Origin: an uncultured delta proteobacterium
GTDB taxonomy: Bacteria; Myxococcota; Myxococcia; Myxococcales; Anaeromyxobacteraceae
DNA: 64,000 bases
Reading direction: 5' to 3'
Assembly: GCA_963814585.1 (NCBI GenBank)
Contig: CAWFDF010000004.1
Span: 448,001-512,000, forward strand
Made by a program: the position numbers and the translations under genes. Below, in pieces: positions 30,417-40,289 of the stretch; within the stretch, counting starts at the first letter, position 1; every line of letters starts with the position of its first letter. Under the pieces are notes generated by a model. It was given only the letters and a program-made list of their open reading frames with translations, searched no databases and was not told where the DNA came from.

Positions 30417-32861
30417 TCACCCCTCCCCCGACGGCTCGCCCGCGATCGGTGGCAGGCCGGCGCCCCGGCGCCTGCCACCGGCCCAGGCCCGGGCCGCCTC
30501 GGCCAGCGCCTGGAGGCGGGCCTCGACGCGGGCGTGGAAGCTCCCCTCCGGTGACACGGTCCCCTCGGCCGCCCCGGCCGCCAGGCCGGAGAGCAGCTCG
30601 ATCCCCTGGTCGACGTGCTCCACCGGGTAGAGGCGGAAGCGGCCCGCCTCCACCTCGGCCAGCACCTCGTCGCGCAGGACCAGGTTCGGGACGTTGGCGG
30701 CCGGCAGGAGCACCCCCTCGGCCCCGGTCAGCCCGCGGGTCGCGCAGACGTCGAAGAACCCCTCGACCTTCTCGGTGACGCCGCCCACCGCCTGGACCCG
30801 TCCGTGCTGGTCCACCGAGCCGGTCACCGCCAGCCCCTGCCGCAGCGGCACGCCGGCGATGGCGGAGAGGAGCGCGTAGAGCTCCGCCGAGGAGGCGCTG
30901 TCGCCCTCGACGCCGGCATAGGACTGCTCCATCACGATGGTGGCCGCCAGCGTGAGCGGCCGGTCGGCGCTGTAGCGGGCCCCCAGGTACCCGGCCAGGA
31001 TCAGCACGCCCTTCGAGTGGATGGGCCCGCCCAGCTCCACCTCGCGCTCGATGTCCACGACCTCGCCGCGGCCCAGCCGGATGCGCGCGCTGATGCGGCT
31101 GGGACGGCCGAAGGAGCGGCGCCCGGCGCGCAGCACCGAGAGGCCGTTCACCTGGCCGACCCGTGCGCCGGCCGTCTCGACGACCAGCAGGCCACGCCGG
31201 ATCTCATCCTGCACCTCGTCGCGGAGCCGCCCGTCGCGCCGCTCCTGGTCGGCCACCGCACGCCGGACGTCGTCGGCCCCGACCAGGGCGCGGCCGGCGC
31301 CGGCGGCCAGGTGGTCCGCCTCGCGCAGGAGGTCGTGGAGCGAGGCGGTCTCGGCGGTGAACCGCGTCGAGTCGCCGGCCAGGCGCGCCGCCTGGTGCAG
31401 CACCCGCTCCACCGCGGCCCGCTCCAGCGGGCGCAACCCATCCTGGCGGGCCAGCGTGGCCACCAGCCTGGCGAAGTCCCGGTCGCTGGCCGGCGAGCGC
31501 GGCACGTCGTCGTCGAAGTCGGCCGCCACCTTGAAGAGCTGGGGGAACTCCTCGTCGAGCAGCGAGAGCAGGTGCCAGGCGAGCCGGTCGCCCACCAGCA
31601 CCACCTTGACGTCGAGCGGGATGGGCTGCGGCTCCAGCGTGGAGGTGCCGCCGAAGCCGAGCAGCCGCTCGGGAGGCTCGATGCGGATCTCCCGGGACCT
31701 GAGCGCGCGCTTGAGCGCCTCCCAGGCGAAGGGCTGGGAGAGCAGGCGGCGGGCGTCGAGCAGCAGGAACCCCCCGTTGGCGCGGTGCAGGGCCCCCGGT
31801 CGCACCAGGGTGAAGTCGGTGACCAGGGCGCCGAAGTGGGCATGGTGATCGATGCGCCCGGTCAGGTTGGACAGGGTGGGGAGGTCCTCGTGCACCACCG
31901 GCGCGCCGCGCCGGCCGGCGTGGTCCACCATGAGGTTGGCGGCATAGCGGCGCAGCGCGGGCGTCTCGCCGAGGGCGGCGCGGACCTGGCTGGCCACGTC
32001 GCCGCTCCCCTCGCTGCCCACCAGCTCGCGCAGGTTCTCCACCACGTCGTCCTGGATGGCGTCGAGGTGGGCCAGCACCTCCGGCAGGTCGGCGTAGCGG
32101 AGGCGGAGCTCGGCGAGCAGGTGGCCGACGGCGGCCAGGGCCACCTCGCGCTGGAGGGCCTTGACCCGGTCGCGGGCGCGGCGCTGCAGGTCGGGCATGG
32201 CGCGCAGCACCTCCTGGAGGCGCGCCTGGAGCTCCTCGACGTCGCGGCGGAAGCGCTCGCGCACCTCCGGCTCGACGGTGGCGAACTGGTCCGGCTCGAT
32301 CACCTGGCCGTCCCTGGTGGGGGCGAAGGCGAAGCCCATGGGCGTGCTGAGCAGGGCCACGCCGCGAGTCGCCGCCTCGCGCTGCACCTCGGCGACGGCC
32401 CGCTCGCGCTCCCCCTCCGCCTCCTTCTCGAGGAGCTGGAGGCGGGTCCGGTAGTCGCGCCCCTCGAAGGCGGCCGGGATGGCCACCCGGAGCTCGCCGG
32501 CCAGGCGGTCCAGGTCACGGCGCAGCTCGGTCCCGCGCCCCGTCGGCAGCTCCACCGCGCGCGGGCGGCGCGGCTCGGCGAAGTCGTTGAGGTAGCACCA
32601 GTCGGGCGGCGTGGCGGCGTCTGCGGCGGCCCGCTCCAGCATGCGCAGCACCAGCGCATGCTTGCCCACCCCGGGCGGCCCCATGGCGTAGACGTTGTAC
32701 CCGCCGTGGGGCAGCGCCAGGCCGAAGCGCAGGGCCTCGGCGGCGCGGGCGTGGCCGAACGGCCCCTCCAGCTCCTCCAGGTCGGCGGTGGTCTCGAAGG
32801 CCACCTCGGCGTCGAAGCCGCGCGGGCGCAGCACCTGGTGCGACAGCGGCTCGACGGCCAT
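30417..32861 (-). CDS. Lon-like (S16) protease with AAA domain
   Basis: GPPGVGK, PGALHRANGG, GQVNGL, GDSASSAE (catalytic Ser), VGGVTEKVEGF (catalytic Lys). Confidence 0.9.
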   Translation of the reverse strand: MAVEPLSHQVLRPRGFDAEVAFETTADLEELEGPFGHARAAEALRFGLALPHGGYNVYAMGPPGVGKHALVLRMLERAAADAATPPDWCYLNDFAEPRRPRAVELPTGRGTELRRDLDRLAGELRVAIPAAFEGRDYRTRLQLLEKEAEGERERAVAEVQREAATRGVALLSTPMGFAFAPTRDGQVIEPDQFATVEPEVRERFRRDVEELQARLQEVLRAMPDLQRRARDRVKALQREVALAAVGHLLAELRLRYADLPEVLAHLDAIQDDVVENLRELVGSEGSGDVASQVRAALGETPALRRYAANLMVDHAGRRGAPVVHEDLPTLSNLTGRIDHHAHFGALVTDFTLVRPGALHRANGGFLLLDARRLLSQPFAWEALKRALRSREIRIEPPERLLGFGGTSTLEPQPIPLDVKVVLVGDRLAWHLLSLLDEEFPQLFKVAADFDDDVPRSPASDRDFARLVATLARQDGLRPLERAAVERVLHQAARLAGDSTRFTAETASLHDLLREADHLAAGAGRALVGADDVRRAVADQERRDGRLRDEVQDEIRRGLLVVETAGARVGQVNGLSVLRAGRRSFGRPSRISARIRLGRGEVVDIEREVELGGPIHSKGVLILAGYLGARYSADRPLTLAATIVMEQSYAGVEGDSASSAELYALLSAIAGVPLRQGLAVTGSVDQHGRVQAVGGVTEKVEGFFDVCATRGLTGAEGVLLPAANVPNLVLRDEVLAEVEAGRFRLYPVEHVDQGIELLSGLAAGAAEGTVSPEGSFHARVEARLQALAEAARAWAGGRRRGAGLPPIAGEPSGEG

Positions 32862-32919
32862 GGGCTCTCCCTCCTCCGGCTCCTGGGCTTCCTGGCGGCC
32901 TCCCGGCGCGGTGCGCTCC

Positions 32920-33354
32920 TCAGCGGGCGGCGGCGCGAACCGTCAGGACGGGCACGGGCGAGAGCCGGACCACGCGCTCGGCCACGCTCCCCAGCATGGC
33001 GTGGACCAGCCCGCGCCGGCCGTGGGTCCCGAGCACGATCAGGTCCGCCTCCGCCCCGGCCGCCGCGGCCAGGATCTCCTCCCAGGCCGTGCCCATCCGG
33101 AGCACCCGCCGTGCCTCCGGGCAGCGATGGCGGACCGTGGCCAGCAGCGCGTCGAGCCGCAGCTCGTCCGCATCCGTGATGGCCTTGATCAGGTCGACCG
33201 GTGGGACGGTCTCGGGGAGGACCGGCAGCTCGCAGACGTGCACCACGGTGAAGGCGGCCCCGTCCTGCCTGACGATGGCGATGGCGAGCTCGACCGCCGC
33301 GGCGGAGGCCTCGCTGAAGTCGGTGGCCAGCACGACGTTCTTGAAGACGCCCAT
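32920..33354 (-). CDS. Universal stress protein
   Basis: NVVLATDFSEAS, ADLIVLGTHGRRG, LGSVAERVVRLSPVPVL. Confidence 0.93.
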   Translation of the reverse strand: MGVFKNVVLATDFSEASAAAVELAIAIVRQDGAAFTVVHVCELPVLPETVPPVDLIKAITDADELRLDALLATVRHRCPEARRVLRMGTAWEEILAAAAGAEADLIVLGTHGRRGLVHAMLGSVAERVVRLSPVPVLTVRAAAR

Positions 33355-33551
33355 GGCTCCCTCCCTTCGGCCCTGCGCAGGATCTTGCTCCTCGCGGTGG
33401 CCAGGGGATGGCGCCGTCACCAGCGAAAGTTGGGTGCGGCAGATCGCCCCGGCAGCGAGGCGGCCAGGGGCACGCATCGACCCACGCCTGCGGTGGCCCC
33501 GGCACGGCCCGCCGGCGCGCGCCACGGCCAGGATCCGGCCGAGCGCCGGCA

Positions 33552-33848
33552 CTAGGGGACGTCGATGGTCTCGTACGTCGAGACCTCGCGGGACTCGAGG
33601 AGCTGGATGGCCTGTCCGAAGACGTGCTCCTGGAAGTGGGCGCTCGCCTTGTGGTCCTCGTAGGCCTTGGCGCTGGTGTACTGCTCGTAGAGGAGGAACC
33701 TGGTCGGGTCCTGGAGCGAGACCTGGGCCTGGTAGGCGAGGTTCCCGGGTTCCCGCCGGGAGAGCCGGGTCATGATCCCGATGATCTCCCGGATCCGCCC
33801 CTCCTCCCCGGGCCTGGCTTTCCAGGCGGCGATGACGACGAAGGCCAT
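33552..33848 (-). CDS. ABM-domain putative quinol monooxygenase
   Basis: SRREPGNLAY, FLLYEQY, HKASAHF. Confidence 0.85.
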   Translation of the reverse strand: MAFVVIAAWKARPGEEGRIREIIGIMTRLSRREPGNLAYQAQVSLQDPTRFLLYEQYTSAKAYEDHKASAHFQEHVFGQAIQLLESREVSTYETIDVP

Positions 33849-33872
33849 GTGGTCTCCTCCTCGATCCGGGGC

Positions 33873-34709
33873 TCAGTGCCCCCACGTCTTCTCGCCCGCC
33901 TCGACCCGCACCGGCAGGACGTTCCGAGGCAGCGGCAGCGGGCAGGTGGCGTACGGCGAGAAGGCGCAGGGCGGGTTGTAGGCCCGGTTGAAGTCGAGCA
34001 CCACCAGCCCGTCCTTCGGCGCCGCCGCCGAGAGGAACCGCCCCGCCCCGTAGGTCTCGCGCGGAGCCGTCCGATCCTTGAAGACGAAGAAGAGCGACTC
34101 GCCGTCGAGCGTCGGCTCGAGCGAGTGCTCGGCGCCGTCGACCGTGAACCAGGCCCGCCCCGGCGCCTGCTCCCGGGTCGGGATCCCGACCACGCTCGGC
34201 ACCTCCACCTCCCTCGGCGCGGGGTACGGCTCCCAGCGCGCCACCACGCGCCAGCGCGGGTCCAGCGGGAAGGTGTCGATGCCGGTGAACTGCCGGCGCA
34301 CCGGGCTCTCGGCGTCCCAGACCCGGAGCGCCAGCTTGCCGCCCCGCTCGATCACCTGGGCCGTCCGGCTCCCGGTCGAGACCCGGTCGGGCGACCCGTC
34401 GCGATCCGACGCCAGCACCCGCGAGGTCACCGGCGCACCGCCCAGGGTCCAGCCGTCGGCCGCCGCGGCCGTGAGCGTCACCTTCCCGCCCGCCACGGTG
34501 AGGACGCCGGGGAGCCCGGCGATCCGGTTCTCTCCGTCCTTCAGCCAGTGGAGGCCGGAGAGCGCCAGCCAGCCCTGCGGCTTCTGCAGGGAGGCCAGCC
34601 GCCTGGAGCGCCAGTCCCGCCACTCCGCCTCGAAGGCGGCGGCGGACGGCGCGGGGGGACCGGCGGCGAGCAGCAGCGCGGTGGCCAGCAGGAGGTCGGA
34701 CGCGGGCAT
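33873..34709 (-). CDS. DUF1684 family exported protein
   Basis: GWLALSGLHWL, ETYGAGRFL, LDFNRAYNPPCAFSPYATCPLP, AGEK. Confidence 0.9.
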   Translation of the reverse strand: MPASDLLLATALLLAAGPPAPSAAAFEAEWRDWRSRRLASLQKPQGWLALSGLHWLKDGENRIAGLPGVLTVAGGKVTLTAAAADGWTLGGAPVTSRVLASDRDGSPDRVSTGSRTAQVIERGGKLALRVWDAESPVRRQFTGIDTFPLDPRWRVVARWEPYPAPREVEVPSVVGIPTREQAPGRAWFTVDGAEHSLEPTLDGESLFFVFKDRTAPRETYGAGRFLSAAAPKDGLVVLDFNRAYNPPCAFSPYATCPLPLPRNVLPVRVEAGEKTWGH

Positions 34710-34718
34710 CGGGGGATT

Positions 34719-35684
34719 CTAGCGCGCCAGCCCCGCCACCGCCTCGGCCGGGAGCCGGGCCGGCGCCCTCGGGACCCGGGCCCAGGAGAAGGCCTCCACC
34801 AGCTCGCTCGCCAGGCAGCGCGTCCCCGCCGGCGCCAGGCCGCAGCTGGTGGCCAGCAGGCCGACCACCGCCTCCGGCGCCGCGCCCGCCTCACGCAGCT
34901 CGCCCAGCGACCTGGCCCCGTGGCGCTTGGCCAGCCGCTCGCCGTCGTCGCCCACCACCAGCGGCACGTGGGCGAAGCGCGGCGCCGGCAGCCCGAGCGC
35001 CCTGTCCAGCAGCAGCTGGCGCGCCGTGGACGGGAGCAGGTCATCGCCGCGCACCACGTCGGTGATCTCCATGGCGGCGTCGTCCGCCACCACCGCCAGC
35101 TGGTAGGCGGCGATCCCGTCGGCCCGCATCACCACGAAGTCGCCGGTGGTGGCCGCCACGTCGAAGCGGCAGGCCCCGTGGACGGCATCGTCGAAGTCCA
35201 CGCGGCCCGGCTCGACCCGGAGCCGCCAGGCCGGCGGGCGGGACGCCGAGCGGCGGCTCACCTCGGCCGGTGAGAGGTCCCGGCAGGTGCCGGGATAGCG
35301 CGGCCCCTCGTCGTCCGGCCCGTGCGGTGCCCGGGCGGCCGCGGCGATCTCGGCGCGGGAGCAGAAGCAGGGGTAGGCCCGGCCGGCCTCCCGCAGCCGC
35401 CGCAGCGCCGCCTGGTAGCGTCCCGCCAGCTCGGACTGCCGGTACGGTCCGCGCCGCCCCCCCACGTCGGGCCCCTCGTCCCAGCCGAGGCCAAGCCAGC
35501 GCAGCTCGTCGAGCAGGCGCGCCTCCATGCCGGGCCTGACGCGCGGTACGTCCAGGTCCTCGACCCGCATCACCAGCGTGCCGCGGGCCGCCCGGGCCGC
35601 CAGCCAGGCCAGCAGCGCGGTGCGGGCGTTGCCGAGGTGGAGGGGGCCGGTGGGGCTCGGGGCGAAGCGGCCGCGGTACGTCAT
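34719..35684 (-). CDS. gluQ: Glutamyl-Q tRNA(Asp) synthetase
   Basis: GRFAPSPTGPLHLGN, YPCFCSR, YPGTCR, YQLAVVADD, RLAKR; no anticodon-binding domain. Confidence 0.92.
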   Translation of the reverse strand: MTYRGRFAPSPTGPLHLGNARTALLAWLAARAARGTLVMRVEDLDVPRVRPGMEARLLDELRWLGLGWDEGPDVGGRRGPYRQSELAGRYQAALRRLREAGRAYPCFCSRAEIAAAARAPHGPDDEGPRYPGTCRDLSPAEVSRRSASRPPAWRLRVEPGRVDFDDAVHGACRFDVAATTGDFVVMRADGIAAYQLAVVADDAAMEITDVVRGDDLLPSTARQLLLDRALGLPAPRFAHVPLVVGDDGERLAKRHGARSLGELREAGAAPEAVVGLLATSCGLAPAGTRCLASELVEAFSWARVPRAPARLPAEAVAGLAR

Positions 35685-35778
35685 CGGATCTGGAGCCCCG
35701 CAGGAGGAGTGGCGTCAGCGCCATTCGACTGATATCCCACGGGTGGCGGGCGCTCAAGCGCCCATCCCTCGAGCCACC

Positions 35779-37341
35779 ATGCCACGCACCGCCGGCGTCC
35801 TCATCCCGCTCTTCTCCCTGCGCTCCGCGACCGACTGGGGCGTCGGCGAGATCCCCGACCTGGTGCCCTTCGCCCGCTGGTCCTCCAACGCCGGCATCCG
35901 CGTGGTGCAGGTGCTGCCGGTGGCCGAGGCCGCGCGCGGCCAGAACTCCCCGTACGCGGCCCTCTCCGCCTTCGCCATCGATCCGGTCTACCTGGCCGTC
36001 GACGCGCTGGAGGACTTCGCGGCCGCCGGCGGCCACGACGCGCTCGCGCCGGCCGATCGCAGGCTGCTGGCCGAGGTGCGAGCCTCGCCGACGGTCCGGT
36101 GGGACGCGGTGCGGGGCTTGAAGACCCGGGCGCTGGAGCTGGCCTTCCAGGCCTTCGTCCTGGAGCAGTGGCAGCGCAAGACGCGCCGCGCCCGGGAGCT
36201 GGAGCGGTTCGCCCGCGAGCAGGCGGCCTGGATCGACGACTACGCCCTCTTCGTCTCCATCCACGACGAGACCATGGGCGGGCGGAGCTGGCTCGAGTGG
36301 CCGGCGCCGCTGCGCGACCGCGATCCCGGCGTGCTGGCCGACACCCGCGCCCAGCTGAGCGAGCGAGTGCTCTTCCGCGTCTGGCTGCAGTGGCTCTGCG
36401 ATCGCCAGTGGCACGCCGCGCGCCGCGCCGCCAACGCGGTGGGGGTGGAGCTGGCCGGCGACATCCCCTTCATGGTGGCCCCCGACTCGGCCGACGTCTG
36501 GGCGCGGCGCCTCGACTTCCGGCTCGACGCCCGCGTCGGCGTGCCCCCCGACGCCTTCAGCGCCACCGGCCAGGACTGGGGACTGCCGGTCTACCGGTGG
36601 GCCGACATGGAGGCGGGCGGCCACGTCTGGATGACCGCCCGCGCCGAGCGCATGGCGGATCTGTACGGCCTCTACCGCGTCGACCACGTGGTCGGGCTCT
36701 ACCGCACCTACTACTTCCCCGGCGACGGCTCGCCGGCGGCCTTCGTCCCCGCCGACGAGCCGGCGCAGATCGCCAACGGCGAGCGGATGATGGCCCTCTT
36801 CTCCCGGCGAGCGCGGGTGATCGCCGAGGACCTCGGCGTGGTCCCGGACTTCATCCGGCGCTCGCTCGACCGGCTCGCCATCCCGGGCTACCGGGTCCAG
36901 CGCTGGGAGCGCGACTGGGACCTCCCGGGCCAGCCCTTCCGCGACCCGGCCGAATGGCCCGAGGTGTCGGTGGCCACCACCGGCACCCACGACACCGACG
37001 CGCTGGCCGACTGGTACGAGTCGCTCGGGGACGCCGACCGGCGGGCGCTGCTGGCCCTCCCCGGACTGGCCTCGCTCCGCGGGCGGGCCCCGGCCCGCTT
37101 CGACGACGGCGTCCGGGACGCGCTGCTGGAGCTGCTCTACGCCTCCAGGTCGGACCTGCTGCTGCTGCCGTTCCAGGACCTGCTCGGCCACCGCGAGCGG
37201 GTCAACGTGCCCGGCACGGTGAACGACCAGAACTGGACCTACCGGATGCCCACCACGCTCTCCCGGCTCCTCGCCGATCCCGGGCCACGCCGCCGCCTGC
37301 GCAGCCTCGCCGAGCGCCACGGCCGGATCCCTTCGCGCTGA
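35779..37341 (+). CDS. malQ: 4-alpha-glucanotransferase (GH77)
   Basis: SPYAALSAFA, GDIPF, GVPPDAFSATGQDWGLP, RVDH, IAEDLG, TGTHD, NVPGT. Confidence 0.93.
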   Translation: MPRTAGVLIPLFSLRSATDWGVGEIPDLVPFARWSSNAGIRVVQVLPVAEAARGQNSPYAALSAFAIDPVYLAVDALEDFAAAGGHDALAPADRRLLAEVRASPTVRWDAVRGLKTRALELAFQAFVLEQWQRKTRRARELERFAREQAAWIDDYALFVSIHDETMGGRSWLEWPAPLRDRDPGVLADTRAQLSERVLFRVWLQWLCDRQWHAARRAANAVGVELAGDIPFMVAPDSADVWARRLDFRLDARVGVPPDAFSATGQDWGLPVYRWADMEAGGHVWMTARAERMADLYGLYRVDHVVGLYRTYYFPGDGSPAAFVPADEPAQIANGERMMALFSRRARVIAEDLGVVPDFIRRSLDRLAIPGYRVQRWERDWDLPGQPFRDPAEWPEVSVATTGTHDTDALADWYESLGDADRRALLALPGLASLRGRAPARFDDGVRDALLELLYASRSDLLLLPFQDLLGHRERVNVPGTVNDQNWTYRMPTTLSRLLADPGPRRRLRSLAERHGRIPSR

Positions 37342-37350
37342 GGTGCGGCC

Positions 37351-37791
37351 ATGCCGGGGAGCTTCTACCTGATCCGTCACGCCCGGGCCGAGAAGGACGC
37401 CCCGGGCGGTGACGCCGGACGCGCCCTCACCCCCGCCGGACGCGACGCCTTCCGCGAGACGGTGACCTCGCTGGCCGGCCGGCTCCAGGTCAGGCACATC
37501 CACGCCAGCCCGGTCCTGCGCGCCCGCCAGACCGGCGACCTGCTGGCGGCCCTCACCGGCGCCCCGCTCGAGGAGGAGGAGGAGCTGGCCAGCGGCGCGT
37601 CCTCCGGGCGCAGGCTCCTGCGGCTCGGCGAGGAGCTGGGGGCCGGCGCGGCGCTCATCGGCCACAACCCCGAGGTGGGGGAGGCCATCGCGCTGGCCGC
37701 TGGCCACCGGGTCGACGTGCCCCCCGGGACCGTCGCCGCCATCGGCCTCGACGGCCGGCTGGCCTGGCTGGCCCACCCGGGCGGAAGCTGA
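37351..37791 (+). CDS. sixA: SixA-like histidine phosphatase
   Basis: LIRHARAE, RALTPAG, SPVLRARQT, IGHNP. Confidence 0.8.
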   Translation: MPGSFYLIRHARAEKDAPGGDAGRALTPAGRDAFRETVTSLAGRLQVRHIHASPVLRARQTGDLLAALTGAPLEEEEELASGASSGRRLLRLGEELGAGAALIGHNPEVGEAIALAAGHRVDVPPGTVAAIGLDGRLAWLAHPGGS

Positions 37792-37824
37792 GTGGCCCGC
37801 CCCGGCGCTGCTATGCTCGGCGCC

Positions 37825-39393
37825 GTGACCGACTCCGCCCCGCCCGCCCCTCCGGCGCCCGCCGCCGCCGCGCCGCCCGACTTCGTCCAGGAGCTCGACG
37901 TCCTGGTGCGGGCCCGGTACCCGCTGGTCTGGCTGGTCACCTCCGAGGAGCAGCGGCTCGAGGGGCTCCTCGGGGAGCTGGCGGCGCGCCACGGCAAGGC
38001 CCTGCACGGCTGGTCGGTGACCCGCGGCTTCCGCCGGCTCGGCGGCGCGCGCACCAGGCCGCCGCCCGAGGCGCTCCGCGAGCCGGTGGCCGCGCTGCAG
38101 GCCATCGAGCAGCTGGCCGACTCCTCGATGGTGGTGCTGGAGGACTTCCACGCCTTCCTCGGTGACCCGGCGGTGGTCCGCGCGCTGCGCGACCTGGCCC
38201 ACGCCCTGAAGTCCACCTACACCACGGTCCTCATCGTCTCCCCGTCCCTCACCATCCCGCCCGAGCTGGAGAAGGAGATCACCGTCCTCGACGTGCCGCT
38301 CCCCACCGCGCGCGACCTCCTGGCGCTGCTCCGGGAGATCGTCACGGTGGTCCGGCAGGACGGCAGCTCCAAGGTGGACCTGACCAAGGACGACGCCGAG
38401 CAGCTGGTCCGCGCCGCGCTCGGACTCACGCTGTCGGAGGCGGAGAACGCCTTCGCCAAGGCCATCGCCAGCGACGGGCGGCTCTCCCGGGACGACGTCA
38501 AGCTGGTGCTGGAGGAGAAGCGCCAGGTCATCCGCAAGAGCGGGCTCCTGGAGTACTTCGCCCCCGACCTCTCGCTCGCCGGCGTGGGGGGGCTCGAGCT
38601 CCTCAAGGGCTGGCTCACCCGGCGCGGCCACGCCTTCTCCGAGGCGGCCCGCCGCTTCGGGCTGCCCGAGCCGAAGGGCCTCCTGCTGCTCGGGGTGCAG
38701 GGGTGCGGCAAGAGCCTCACCGCCAAGGCCATCGCCGCCACCTGGCGGATGCCCCTCCTGCGGCTCGACATGGGGCGGATCTTCTCCGGCCTGGTCGGCT
38801 CGTCGGAGGAGAACCTGCGCCGCGCCATCCACGTGGCCGAGAGCGTGGCCCCGGTGGTGCTCTGGATCGACGAGATCGAGAAGGGGCTCTCCGGCGTCGG
38901 CTCGTCGGGCTCCGTCGACGGCGGCGTCACCGCCCGCGTCTTCGGGACCCTCCTCACCTGGCTGCAGGAGAAGACCGCGCCGGTCTTCGTGGTGGCCACC
39001 GCCAACCGGATCGACCTGCTGCCCCCCGAGCTGCTGCGCAAGGGGCGGTTCGACGAGATCTTCTTCATCGACCTGCCGGCCTCGGCGGAGCGTCACGAGA
39101 TCCTGCGAATCCACGTGGCCGCGCGGAAGCGGGACCCGGGCCGCTACGACCTGGCCGCGCTGGCGCGGGCGGCGGCCGGCTTCAGCGGCTCCGAGCTGGA
39201 GCAGCTGGTGGTGGCGGCCCTGCACGACGCCTTCGCCGAGGGCGGGGAGCTGGAGCAGCGCCACCTGGAGCGGGCCGTCGCCGAGGCCCGGCCGCTCTCG
39301 ATCACCATGCGCGAGGAGATCGGCCGGCTGCGCGACTGGGCCGCCACCCGGACCCGCCCGGCATCGGCCCCGGCCCCCGAGGCGTCCCCGTGA
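37825..39393 (+). CDS. Ycf46-like AAA+ ATPase
   Basis: [37 protein letters not shown]; degenerate N-terminal AAA domain. Confidence 0.88.
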   Translation: MTDSAPPAPPAPAAAAPPDFVQELDVLVRARYPLVWLVTSEEQRLEGLLGELAARHGKALHGWSVTRGFRRLGGARTRPPPEALREPVAALQAIEQLADSSMVVLEDFHAFLGDPAVVRALRDLAHALKSTYTTVLIVSPSLTIPPELEKEITVLDVPLPTARDLLALLREIVTVVRQDGSSKVDLTKDDAEQLVRAALGLTLSEAENAFAKAIASDGRLSRDDVKLVLEEKRQVIRKSGLLEYFAPDLSLAGVGGLELLKGWLTRRGHAFSEAARRFGLPEPKGLLLLGVQGCGKSLTAKAIAATWRMPLLRLDMGRIFSGLVGSSEENLRRAIHVAESVAPVVLWIDEIEKGLSGVGSSGSVDGGVTARVFGTLLTWLQEKTAPVFVVATANRIDLLPPELLRKGRFDEIFFIDLPASAERHEILRIHVAARKRDPGRYDLAALARAAAGFSGSELEQLVVAALHDAFAEGGELEQRHLERAVAEARPLSITMREEIGRLRDWAATRTRPASAPAPEASP

Positions 39394-40151
39394 GCGAGCA
39401 GCGTCGCGATCGCTTCCGCCGGCTGGAGCGGCCTCGCGCCGCCGGGCCGGACGGCGCCCCGGCCTCGCCCGGGACCGACGCCCGCATCGAGGCGGTCCGC
39501 GGCCCCGGGGAGACCGGTGCGCCGGGGTCGGTCGAGGCCGGAGCCGCCGGCCACCTCGACCGGTTCCGGCCCGCGTCCGAGCGGGAGCTCGAGCTCGAGC
39601 CGGACGACGACGCCCAGCCCTTCCTGCGCTGCGCCGCCTGCGAGACCGACAGCTTCCGCCACGCCGCCACCTGCACCACCTGCGGCGCCGACCTCACGAC
39701 CGAGCCGCAGCGCCTCTTCAACCAGCGCCTCTGGGCGGCCCGCCAGGCCGAGGCCGCCGCCGAGGCCGAGGCCATCGCGGCCAGGAAGGCCCTGCTCGAC
39801 GCCGATCGCGCGCAGGAGGGCGCGCTCCGCCGCCGCGCCGCCGAGACGCTGGCCCGCGAGGTGGGCGACGCGGAGCGGCGGCGGCTGGAGCGGGAGGGCT
39901 TCGGATCGGGCTGGAGCGGCGCGCCTCCGGCCGACCGGACCGGGGACGCTCCGCCTCCCGGCCTCCCACCCGCCATCCGGTGGCTCCGGCTCCTGCCGGC
40001 GGGCTGGCCGGTGCCGGCCGGCGTCGCCCTGATGCTGCTGCCCGTCCTGCTCTACGCCGCCTCGCCGGCGGCCGGGCTGGTGGCCGGGGCGGTGGTCTTC
40101 GCGCTCTTCACCCCGCCCGGCTGGCGCTGGCGCCAGCGTCCGCGCCCGTGA
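39390..40151 (+). CDS. Hypothetical membrane protein with CxxC...CxxC zinc ribbon
   Basis: GTGA overlap; RFRRLE, CAACETDS...CTTCGADL, helical segment, two C-terminal TM helices. Confidence 0.65.
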   Translation: MSEQRRDRFRRLERPRAAGPDGAPASPGTDARIEAVRGPGETGAPGSVEAGAAGHLDRFRPASERELELEPDDDAQPFLRCAACETDSFRHAATCTTCGADLTTEPQRLFNQRLWAARQAEAAAEAEAIAARKALLDADRAQEGALRRRAAETLAREVGDAERRRLEREGFGSGWSGAPPADRTGDAPPPGLPPAIRWLRLLPAGWPVPAGVALMLLPVLLYAASPAAGLVAGAVVFALFTPPGWRWRQRPRP

Positions 40152-40289
40152 AGGCGCCGCCGCAGGGCTCCATCCCGGCCGGAGACGCCGAGACCTCCGA
40201 CTTCGCTTGATCTCCCCCCGGCGATTGGCGAATCTCCGTCGCTCACGCCGGCCGAGGCTGGTCCACGGCCCGCCTTCCTGGAGGACGCA

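Noticed and set aside
35041..39264. Very long antisense or alternate-frame ORFs (this 1407-aa one, 11881..15282, 50922..54338 and others)
   Set aside because: Shadow ORFs expected in very GC-rich DNA; they overlap well-supported genes and show no family motifs.
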